From the NCBI GenBank assembly GCA_965215505.1, contig OZ244065.1:2112001-2176000 (forward strand): a DNA stretch of 64,000 nt. The letters are read 5' to 3'. Under the pieces are notes generated by a model that saw only the letters and a list, made by a program, of their open reading frames with translations, was not told the origin of the DNA and did no database searches. Numbering within the stretch: the stretch's first letter is position 1; each line of letters opens with the position of its first letter. This DNA is from Capsulimonadaceae bacterium (GTDB lineage Bacteria; Armatimonadota; Armatimonadia; Armatimonadales; Capsulimonadaceae). The position numbers and the translations under genes are program-made. Positions 47,645-55,877 of this stretch are shown here, in pieces.

Positions 47645-48250
47645 ATGGACACTGAAATAGGCATCAAAGAAATAGACATCAAAGTGAGCCGCGCCGGGTT
47701 CAACACGATCCTGGCCGCCCTGCGGTTCTGGCAGGAGAGGGATATGGCCCACGGGGCGAACCGCTCGGACCTGATCCAGGGGATCGCCTGTGACGAAGAC
47801 GACGACACGGGCCTGGACGAAGCGGGCATCGACGAGTTGTGTGAACGCATCAACTGCGGCCAGGGACTGACACCAGAGACGAGGGACGAACCCGCCGGCG
47901 CCCCGGGGCTGCTGGCTGAGGCCCCCCGCACCCATTACTACCTCCTCACAATATGGGGCGACGTGGATGCGGACCTTCTAGGCCCATACCCCACCCCCGA
48001 GGCTCGCGATGAGGCGGCCCGAGCGTTCATGCGCGATGAGGGAGACGAACACGGTGTTCATTTCCTGGATGTCACGACCACGCCCGGCGGGCCGGTCGAT
48101 GTCGAGGTCGGCGGCTACATGGGCGGCTTCTTCATGGACGACGAAGGCGATAACGATGACGACGAGGATGACGACAACTCCGGCGACGACGAGGACCCCG
48201 GACAACGACCGCCCCTGGAACGGCAGGCGGAGGACGAGAGGAAGAAATGA
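47645..48250 (+). CDS. Acidic hypothetical protein
   Basis: ORF with a D/E-rich tail; ATGA-coupled to the next gene. Confidence 0.65.
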   Translation: MDTEIGIKEIDIKVSRAGFNTILAALRFWQERDMAHGANRSDLIQGIACDEDDDTGLDEAGIDELCERINCGQGLTPETRDEPAGAPGLLAEAPRTHYYLLTIWGDVDADLLGPYPTPEARDEAARAFMRDEGDEHGVHFLDVTTTPGGPVDVEVGGYMGGFFMDDEGDNDDDEDDDNSGDDEDPGQRPPLERQAEDERKK

Positions 48251-48531
48251 GCGAGATGGAAAAAGGCAGGGAGATCGCGATCAGTCGTTTCATCTCGGCG
48301 GGGGGGCTTAACGATCACCATCAGGATACGTCCACGCTCCTGCGCGAGGCGGCAGTCATGATGGACCGCGTCTGCGGCGACCTCTTCGGGCCGGTGTTCT
48401 TCGAGGGCGCCGACGGCAGGATCTATTCTCTGACCCTCGGCGCCTCTATCGATGAGGTCGACCCCGATTACGTCGAAGACGTCTTAACAGAGGCGTCTCC
48501 AGGCTATCACGCCGGCGGGGCTCGGGCATGA
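48247..48531 (+). CDS. Small acidic hypothetical protein
   Basis: GAGGA RBS and ATGA overlap. Confidence 0.6.
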   Translation: MSEMEKGREIAISRFISAGGLNDHHQDTSTLLREAAVMMDRVCGDLFGPVFFEGADGRIYSLTLGASIDEVDPDYVEDVLTEASPGYHAGGARA

Positions 48532-48556
48532 CCCGAGGACAGGAAATAAGGAACCC

Positions 48557-48802
48557 ATGCTGCTAGTCAGCGTCTTCTGGGACAACGAGGTGAGCGGCCA
48601 ATACGCGATGTTGCTCGGCGAAGGCCAGACGGTGCAGGAGACTGAAGAGGCGTTTTACGAGCAGTGGTCACGCTGCATTCGGGCCCTGCAGGAGGAAGAC
48701 CCGGATGACGAATGGGGAACTGATGAAGCCGTTGGGTGGATGCGCCAGAACGGGTGGAGGATGGAAAGCTTTGAGGATAAGCTGGAGGTGGATATCGCCT
48801 GA
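48557..48802 (+). CDS. Small, very acidic hypothetical protein
   Basis: AAGGA RBS; 81 aa, D/E-rich. Confidence 0.6.
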   Translation: MLLVSVFWDNEVSGQYAMLLGEGQTVQETEEAFYEQWSRCIRALQEEDPDDEWGTDEAVGWMRQNGWRMESFEDKLEVDIA

Positions 48803-48833
48803 GCGGTAATGTCCGGGTGGGCCCGACCGCCGG

Positions 48834-48873
48834 TCGCGCGGTGTACATTCTCTTCGCGCGGTGTACATTCTCT
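48834..48873 (+). repeat. 20-bp perfect tandem duplication
   Basis: TCGCGCGGTGTACATTCTCT x2. Confidence 0.9.
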
Positions 48874-48937
48874 CCCGGATGGTAATCTTCTCAGCGGACC
48901 TGTGGCACCGGCTGGCGGCTTTCGCCGGACCGGGACC

Positions 48938-49141
48938 TCACCAGACAAAGAGGCGCAGGGCATGGTAGGCGCTCCGGGCGGCCTGCTGTTGCGGCTCCCG
49001 GCCAAGGCGGCGCAGGCCGTCGGCGACCTGGCGGCGCTGCGGCCAAAGGGCGGGGTGCTGTTTCTCCGGCTGGGATGTCGCCACGTAGTCGGCGAGCTTT
49101 TGATAATCAATTTCCTTCGGCTGGGGTGCGAACTGGTACAT
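48938..49141 (-). CDS. Small hypothetical protein
   Basis: 67-aa ORF with a GGAGG/GAGGG RBS-like sequence; weak support. Confidence 0.35.
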   Translation of the reverse strand: MYQFAPQPKEIDYQKLADYVATSQPEKQHPALWPQRRQVADGLRRLGREPQQQAARSAYHALRLFVW

Positions 49142-49504
49142 GGCGTCAGGCCCTCTGCCTCCAGTTTACCCCACTGTTCTCCTGATCTTAGCAGCCCCCG
49201 CCTCGAAATCTTCGGCCTGGAGCTGTTTCCCTGGTCCCTCTTGTCCTTCCCTATTACGTAAGCCTGTGGGCCGCAAAGACAGTGTGCCACGGGATGCGCT
49301 TGGGGGGATGTCGTTAGTAGATGCTCACGGTACTTGATCTTTGAGGAGATTGAACGTCCAGTACCAAAAAGCCGATTCAAAATTAAATCAAATATTTTCA
49401 GCTCCGGGTGTGCGTCTTTCGCCCTCGCGGCATGACTATAAGGTCGGGGAGAGACTACCGCCCCTATCATATCAGTCCCACGAGAACGATCACATGAGGT
49501 TATT

Positions 49505-50071
49505 TTGGATTTAACATCAGAGTTCACAAAATCAGATTTCACGAAACCGGCCAGCTCTGCTGACGGAACCCCGGCGCCCGCAGGTCAGGACTTCCGCGAG
49601 GCCCTACGGGATGACACCGCGTACGGGGAGGCGTTGCGTGAAGCACAGAAGACCCACGCCGTCATCAACGCGGAGGCTCGCCGCGCGAAGAGGCTCAAAT
49701 GCGAACCCTTCGCCCGCTACTCCCCGGGTGAGTATAACCGCTATCGGCGCCAGCTCGAGGATCATGAGCGCCAGATGGAAGAGATTCGCGCGAAATACGC
49801 GGGCCAGCCGCGCGTGCGGCTGCATGTGTCTCTGGCGAACCTGGGCACCGGGCTCGTGGCGGCTCGTGAGGCGGCGGGCAAAAGCCAGGCCGAAGTTGCT
49901 CGCCTCCTGGACACGCCCGTTGCCGAGATCCAGCGCCTGGAGGCCCGTGCCTATAGAGACCTGCCACTGGCTCAGATCTCAGCAGTATTGGAGGCAATCG
50001 GACTGAATCCTGCCACGACCGTGTGCCTCTGGAACGCCGTGCCGGACCTGAAAGGGGCGTGCCGGACCTGA
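49505..50071 (+). CDS. XRE-HTH protein with an N-terminal coiled coil
   Basis: LVAAREAAGKSQAEVARLL....IQRLEA..Y; the stop codon falls inside the repeat array. Confidence 0.7.
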   Translation: MDLTSEFTKSDFTKPASSADGTPAPAGQDFREALRDDTAYGEALREAQKTHAVINAEARRAKRLKCEPFARYSPGEYNRYRRQLEDHERQMEEIRAKYAGQPRVRLHVSLANLGTGLVAAREAAGKSQAEVARLLDTPVAEIQRLEARAYRDLPLAQISAVLEAIGLNPATTVCLWNAVPDLKGACRT

Positions 50072-50175
50072 AAGGGGCGTGCCGGACCTGAAAGGGGCGT
50101 GCCGGACCTGAAAGGGGCGTGCCGGACCTGAAAGGGGCGTGCCGGACCTGAAAGGGGCGTGCCGGACCTGAAAGG
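50038..50175 (+). repeat. 20-bp tandem array, 6 full copies plus 1 near-full copy
   Basis: CGTGCCGGACCTGAAAGGGG repeated without spacers. Confidence 0.95.
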
Positions 50176-50491
50176 CCGGATTTCCATCCCATGAGACCAT
50201 CTGTCTGGCCTGACTCGCTGCCCCGGACCGACGGAGGGCAGTGGGACAGCCCGTACCAGCTTTGAAGTTATTGCGAAATTTTCCGCCGCCTGTGCGTCTT
50301 CACCCGATCCAGCACTACACATATATCAATGAAGGTCCTCTCCAGGGCCCGCCAGCAGGGCGCCACTGCGGCCGAGGTCGGCCGCAACTGTGACGCCCAC
50401 GTCAAAAGTCAATCGAAAAATAAATCGAAAACAACTTAGAAATCGATCTCGCACCCGCGCCATTCCTGGCGGCACGCACGAACACATCAAC

Positions 50492-51760
50492 ATGAATACA
50501 CTCACAGACAACCTAACCACCCCTCCACAGACCGTGGAGACCGCTATCCTGCCGCACAACGCGGTGGAAATCGACCATTCCCGTGCGGAGAACGCAATCA
50601 GGGAGTTTCAGGTTAAGCTCCTGCGCTCCGGCAGGCCGACGAACCCGCAGTCCCCCCCTCGGGCGAGGGGCCGGAAATCAAAGGGCGCTTTGCCCTCCTC
50701 CCCCGGCAATGTACAACCCCTGAAGGCGCAGCTCCTGCGCGTCCCGGTCGCTTCCCTGGGGGCCAGCGCCGCCCAGCCCCGGCGCGCCTTCGACCCTGAT
50801 GCCCTGCAGGAGCTGGCGACCTCGGTCAAAGCGCGGGGCGTCCTCCAGCCGATCCTGGTGCGTCCGGCCCCGGTGGCCGCCGGCACCGACAAGACCGGTA
50901 TGCCTACCTACGAGATCGTCGCCGGCGAGCGGCGGTGGCGGGCGAGCCAGCAGGCCGGCCTTGAGGACGTCCCCGTCCTGGTCCAGCAGTGCAGCGATGA
51001 CGCGGCCGCGGAGATCGGCCTCGTGGAGAACCTGCAGCGCGCGGACCTGACGCCGCTCGAGACCGCCGGCGCGCTGGCGCGGATGACGGAGCAGGGCTAC
51101 TCCATCCGCAAGCTGGCAAACTGTCTCGGCAAGCAGAAGGGCTGGGTGGAGCAGCACCTGCTGCTGGTGCGCCTTCCCGAAGACCTGCGCGTCATGGTCT
51201 CCGGGCGTCCGGATACGCTGACACACGCCCGCGAGCTGCAGAAGCTCACGAATGAGGCACTTCGCGCTGAGCTGATCGCGTCCGTGCTGGACGCGGACCG
51301 GCCGCTGTCGCTGGCCGGACTGCGCAAGCGAATCCGCCAGGCCTTCGGGCAGGCCCTGGGCGGCGAAACACCTTTCCAGGAAGCGGGGGAGTCGCAGGGG
51401 GAGAATCGGCAGGACGCTCCCGGCGCCTCACAGGGAACTGTGTCCGTAGCAGACTTGTGCGCCGATGACGACGCCCCCTCTGCCGCCTTCGGTGTCAATG
51501 CCGGGGATGAAGAGGCGGGCGATAGCGAAGGGTCAGACGATAATGAGTCAGCCCGGGACATGGCTGTCGAAGAGGGCATCGATGCGGCGGGGCTGCTGCA
51601 CCAGGAGACCCTCCTCGCCAACGTCCGGGCTCTGCAGCGAAAGTTGCCTGCGTTGCGCGCCCCGGCCGCGACCGAGGCACGTGAAAGCTTGGTCGGGGAG
51701 CTGTCGGCCCTGCGAGACGCGATCGTGGCCCTCCTGGGGGACTGGGGCGTGACGGGCTGA
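50492..51760 (+). CDS. ParB/RepB/Spo0J-family protein (no ParA nearby)
   Basis: Motifs [26 protein letters not shown] and [10 protein letters not shown], plus an HTH. Confidence 0.9.
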   Translation: MNTLTDNLTTPPQTVETAILPHNAVEIDHSRAENAIREFQVKLLRSGRPTNPQSPPRARGRKSKGALPSSPGNVQPLKAQLLRVPVASLGASAAQPRRAFDPDALQELATSVKARGVLQPILVRPAPVAAGTDKTGMPTYEIVAGERRWRASQQAGLEDVPVLVQQCSDDAAAEIGLVENLQRADLTPLETAGALARMTEQGYSIRKLANCLGKQKGWVEQHLLLVRLPEDLRVMVSGRPDTLTHARELQKLTNEALRAELIASVLDADRPLSLAGLRKRIRQAFGQALGGETPFQEAGESQGENRQDAPGASQGTVSVADLCADDDAPSAAFGVNAGDEEAGDSEGSDDNESARDMAVEEGIDAAGLLHQETLLANVRALQRKLPALRAPAATEARESLVGELSALRDAIVALLGDWGVTG

Positions 51761-51867
51761 ACCAGGGGCGCGGCCCGACGAAAGCGGGCCGCGCCCACAG
51801 GCACTACCAAGATCCTGATCGAAATCCCACAAAGATAGCCCGTGGGCAGAACACGAATGAGAAAGAT

Positions 51868-52320
51868 ATGAAAGTGCAGACCATGAAGAAAGAGCAGAAT
51901 ATGACGAGTGATGTCCTTGAGGACCAGGAGGGGACTTCAGCGGTCCGGACGGACATGGACGAACATTGGAAGCGCTTTGCCGCGGAGAATGACTCCGAGG
52001 CGAAGGTCGCAGGTAAGTTCACCACCGACAGGGTGTCTTGCCGGGGCGACGTCTTTTACGTGCGCCGCGACACCCAGAAGGTGCACGGCAAGTACGGCCC
52101 GTCCTTCCGCGACGGCAACTATTTCGGAGTCGTACACACGGGCCGACCCGACAGCACAGGCCGGATGGTGCTGGTGGGGATCTACCACCGCAGGCAGGGC
52201 CAGTGGTTCCGCGAGGACCCGGAGACGGGCGAGGAGACCTACTTCGGTGAGGCCGTGGAGCCGTACACGATCGAATACCTGGAGGAGTGCGAACGCCTCG
52301 TCTTCGGCAACAACCTCTGA
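51868..52320 (+). CDS. Hypothetical protein
   Basis: ORF with GC3-rich coding pattern, in a co-oriented cluster. Confidence 0.6.
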   Translation: MKVQTMKKEQNMTSDVLEDQEGTSAVRTDMDEHWKRFAAENDSEAKVAGKFTTDRVSCRGDVFYVRRDTQKVHGKYGPSFRDGNYFGVVHTGRPDSTGRMVLVGIYHRRQGQWFREDPETGEETYFGEAVEPYTIEYLEECERLVFGNNL

Positions 52321-52347
52321 CAGGAAAGGACGCGGTCGACCGGGAAG

Positions 52348-53013
52348 ATGAAAAACAGGATGAAAAACAGGACGATACAGACGACAAAACGTCCGGCGGC
52401 GCGTCACACGAAGCATGGCACGGCCGAAGGCCGGGATGCCTCTGAAGGACGCCCCGGCCACGGCGATACGAATGAGGGCGGCTTTGACGACCGGGCAGGG
52501 ACTGAGATCGAGCGTCTGCTCCGTCAGGGCGATACATCCGTTGATGTACACGACTGGGACGGAGCCATCACCTGTTACCGCGCGGCCATGGCACTGGATC
52601 CGTACCACCCCGAGCCGCGTCCGCTGCTGGTCGATGCGCTCTACCGCCGTGCCCATGCCTGCCCGGAGGCGGAAGCCTACCGGGACGAGACGGTCATGGC
52701 CTGTGAGGAAGCGTTGCGGTTTGACCCGGACTGTTCCACCGGAGCCCACTTCCTGACGCGGACGCTGCAGGACCTGGGCCACCAGGAGGAAGCCTACCGG
52801 CTCCACGAGCAGGCGATGCTGCGTAAGATTCGGGGCGCACCGGACCTGATCGTGGACATCGGTGACGGAGGAGCCAACACCCTCGCCAGGAAGATGCTCT
52901 TCTTGAATACTCTGATCGTGGATGGTCTGCATCTGATGGCAGCGTACGCCCGCGAGGTCGGGGGTAAGCCGATCTGCTGGGACGGCTACCTTTCCAAGCC
53001 GGTCGCTGAGTAG
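52348..53013 (+). CDS. TPR-containing protein
   Basis: GAITCYRAAMALDP; ACEEALRFDP...AHF. Confidence 0.7.
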   Translation: MKNRMKNRTIQTTKRPAARHTKHGTAEGRDASEGRPGHGDTNEGGFDDRAGTEIERLLRQGDTSVDVHDWDGAITCYRAAMALDPYHPEPRPLLVDALYRRAHACPEAEAYRDETVMACEEALRFDPDCSTGAHFLTRTLQDLGHQEEAYRLHEQAMLRKIRGAPDLIVDIGDGGANTLARKMLFLNTLIVDGLHLMAAYAREVGGKPICWDGYLSKPVAE

Positions 53014-53161
53014 GCTATCAAGACTCCCGCAAAGACGGCCAGTGCGAGTACTTCGCACTGGTCGTCTTTCTACCCTGTTCACTCTGCCGCCGATAATGCC
53101 GATGCTGCTGGCAACGATGTCCTGGGGCGGCCACACGGCCTTCTATGGCATCGGAAAAAAT

Positions 53162-55093
53162 CTATGGCGTCCGAAGAAATCGACCATCAGAGGCCGCGTC
53201 CGGCCATGCCGTGAGTACCCCCGCTCGATACCAGCCCGCCTCGGCCCCCGAGCGGCGTGACCGCCCGCGCTTCCGCGGACCGCCACGCTGTTTTGGTTTG
53301 CTCCGCTTCCCGGAAGCGCCGCCCTTCCCGGGGCCGCGGCGTTTCGGCGCTCGCTCCGGCACGTACCAGTGGGGGGCCGCCTCCGCCTTCTGAGGTCCGC
53401 TGGCGCTGGCGCGCAGCCAGCGGAGCACCTGCCACAGGGACTGGCAGTCGACCTCGAGGTAGCGCTCGATGAGCTGCATCTCCGCGCTCTCCCGTGGATT
53501 CTCCCGCGCGTACGCCTCCCACGCGAGAACCATGGCAGAAAGGCCGTCGGCGAGCTGCTCGGGGTAATCGACGGCGTGCGCTGGCGAGTGAGTCCCGAGC
53601 GCCTTCGCGATGCTCTTGAGGTCAAAGGCCCACGCACCCGGGAGGGCGACCGGGCCGTCGTGGAAGGTCTTCTGCACGTCCGCCCAGGGCAGGCCCGTCA
53701 GGAGGCCCAGGCCCGTTCGCTCCGCCGCGCGTTTCGCCTGGCCGATTTCGGCGTGTGACCAGTGGTATAGGGCCGCGTCCCCGCCGAACACCCCCCTCTC
53801 CCCCAGGAACCCGAGGAACTCCTCGAGCATCCGGCGCTCGCTGGCTGCGTCCTCGCGGGCCGCGGTGAAACACTGGAAGTGCCACTGCCCGTTCTCCTCC
53901 CACCCGCAGCCGGCCTGGAACACCATCTCCCGGCCGGTGAGGTCCAGCAGGCCGGTGCTGCTGCCCGGGTCGTCGAACCGGACATTCAGGTTGGAAACAA
54001 ACTCAAAATCCACGAAAAGTTCAACGGCCTTGCGCGGCGGGATCGCGCTGGCGGGAACGACCGACGGCTGCCCCATTCGGTTGGCCTGCAGGACGGCGCG
54101 GATCTGCGGGCATGTCTTGGCACCCAAACCCGGGATGGCCTCGAACGGGAACCTGTGGGGGTCCATCGCGAGCAGGTCGTCCAGGCACCGGACTCCTTGG
54201 AGCGCGAGTGCGGCAGCCTGCTTGTCGCCGACGCGCGGCAGCCAGTGCAGAGGTCGGCCCGGGATGAACTCGGCGCCGATCCGCTTCTTGGCCCGGCTCC
54301 AGGGCTCGTCCTTGTCGTTGGACCAGTCCGGTGCCACGATGGCATCCCGCCAGGGGAGATAAGCCGCGCCGTTGAGCTTGATGTCCAGGTGCCGATCGCG
54401 CAGCGCGGCGAGCGCGGCGTCCAGGGGGGCACCGAGGTTATGGCCGACGGGGACGGGCACGAGGCCGTCCCGGCAGATCAGGAAGGCGCGTGGCGGCATG
54501 AAGCCCTGGATGTGGCCCAAGATCCAGGAGTACAGGCGCACCTGGGAAGACGTGATCGCCAACTCCATCTTCCTGTCCGGAGTCTGCAGCTTGGTCATGA
54601 ACTTGGCGTCCAGGATGCAGTAGTGCTCGGGCTCCTCCTCCGCCGGCCTCAGGTGGGGCCAAGTCTTATAGACCCATGTGTTTTTGGCAATGATGTCCGC
54701 CGTGCCGTAGATCTTTGCCTCGTCGCCGCCCCACAGGGCGCACTTGGTCAGGACGTCGTGGCCCTGTGTCAGCGCCTGCCAGGTCCGCATGAATGCCCGC
54801 ACGTCGCGGACGTCGTAATCCTCGTCCAGCACCTGGACGGCTCCAGGAGCGTGATGGCGGACGATGGCCGCCTCAAAATCCTTGCCCTTTTGTCCGATCC
54901 AGCTGAGGAACGAGTGCTCCTCGGGGTCTCTGGTGAAGCCGTGGGCTGCCCCTTGGTGCTCCAGCCAGAGCAAAACGGGATCACCCAGGAGGAGGGGACG
55001 GAGGCCGGTTGCCGACATCCAGGTTTGAGGGACGGTTTTGTGCCCGCCCGTGAGATGAAAAAACGTGGTGAGAGTATCGAGAGAGGAGTTCAT
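53162..55093 (-). CDS. TM0106-like RecB-family nuclease with HhH and RNase H-like domains
   Basis: GTADII...ILDAK; HhH motifs LPRVG and IPGLG; LFVDFE, YHWS.AE, FDLKSIA and YLEVD. Confidence 0.75.
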   Translation of the reverse strand: MNSSLDTLTTFFHLTGGHKTVPQTWMSATGLRPLLLGDPVLLWLEHQGAAHGFTRDPEEHSFLSWIGQKGKDFEAAIVRHHAPGAVQVLDEDYDVRDVRAFMRTWQALTQGHDVLTKCALWGGDEAKIYGTADIIAKNTWVYKTWPHLRPAEEEPEHYCILDAKFMTKLQTPDRKMELAITSSQVRLYSWILGHIQGFMPPRAFLICRDGLVPVPVGHNLGAPLDAALAALRDRHLDIKLNGAAYLPWRDAIVAPDWSNDKDEPWSRAKKRIGAEFIPGRPLHWLPRVGDKQAAALALQGVRCLDDLLAMDPHRFPFEAIPGLGAKTCPQIRAVLQANRMGQPSVVPASAIPPRKAVELFVDFEFVSNLNVRFDDPGSSTGLLDLTGREMVFQAGCGWEENGQWHFQCFTAAREDAASERRMLEEFLGFLGERGVFGGDAALYHWSHAEIGQAKRAAERTGLGLLTGLPWADVQKTFHDGPVALPGAWAFDLKSIAKALGTHSPAHAVDYPEQLADGLSAMVLAWEAYARENPRESAEMQLIERYLEVDCQSLWQVLRWLRASASGPQKAEAAPHWYVPERAPKRRGPGKGGASGKRSKPKQRGGPRKRGRSRRSGAEAGWYRAGVLTAWPDAASDGRFLRTP

Positions 55094-55877
55094 GCGGCAC
55101 CCTGGGAGGTGCCGGGATTACCGGGTGAGACCTGAAAGGCCCGACACGGCGGGGCACCCCAGGGAGTCTTTCTGGATCAGGCGGGCCGCCCCCTGGCCGT
55201 TGAAAAGGCGTCTGGCTCAGGAAGCAAAGGCGCGGCAGATCGGTCATACACCGGAAGAACCGTCCGGCGGTGTCAGGCGGCCTCCATCAGCCACGGCCTG
55301 TTCATTGCACGGTTGGTCATCCTCGAGGTGGGGAAGGCGCAAAATCAATGGCTAGGGCTGGTAATAAGTTGCAGGTCGTCCTATACGGATTTGGGTACGG
55401 CGAAGACGTTCCTCACGTCCGGCAACACAAAAACGTCCGTTTTGAAGGCGGTAGGCATTATGCTGGCGCATCAGGCTTGGGGTGTGTGTTGCGAGGTGAG
55501 CCCGTGGACAAGGCATCGACCAACCCAGGGTGTGGCCGCCCCCGCCCCGCACTACGCCGCGTTCCACAGCGGTTCCGCTCACTATACTAAAAAATGGATG
55601 GTAAGCTCATCAAGCTTCTGTGGCTTCCAGGTCACGCCTGATTTATCTCCTGTTTGCAGTTGTCCGACGGCCAGGATGGGCATACCCGTTTTGGCCCACC
55701 AGAGGGAGGGTAGCCAAAAATATCCAAAATGGGTGTAACCCAGTTACATCGCGTTTCTGGTTTTTGGCTACTTGACCCGCAGAGGCGGAGAAAACCTTAA
55801 CGTACGGTTTTTCCGTTTCGTGAGCAGGTCCCTGGGAGGAGGCCAGCGCGGCGGCGAGGCTGTCCCTGCCCCCGCCG

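Larger units (their letters stand above)
35003..55140. mobile_element. tRNA-Val-integrated genomic island (right end unresolved, may extend beyond the window)
   Basis: Integrase abuts the tRNA 3' end; lower-GC segments; replication, partition, recombinase and nuclease genes. Confidence 0.75.

Noticed and set aside
50038-50175. CRISPR array
   Set aside because: The units are contiguous with no spacers, and there are no cas genes in the window
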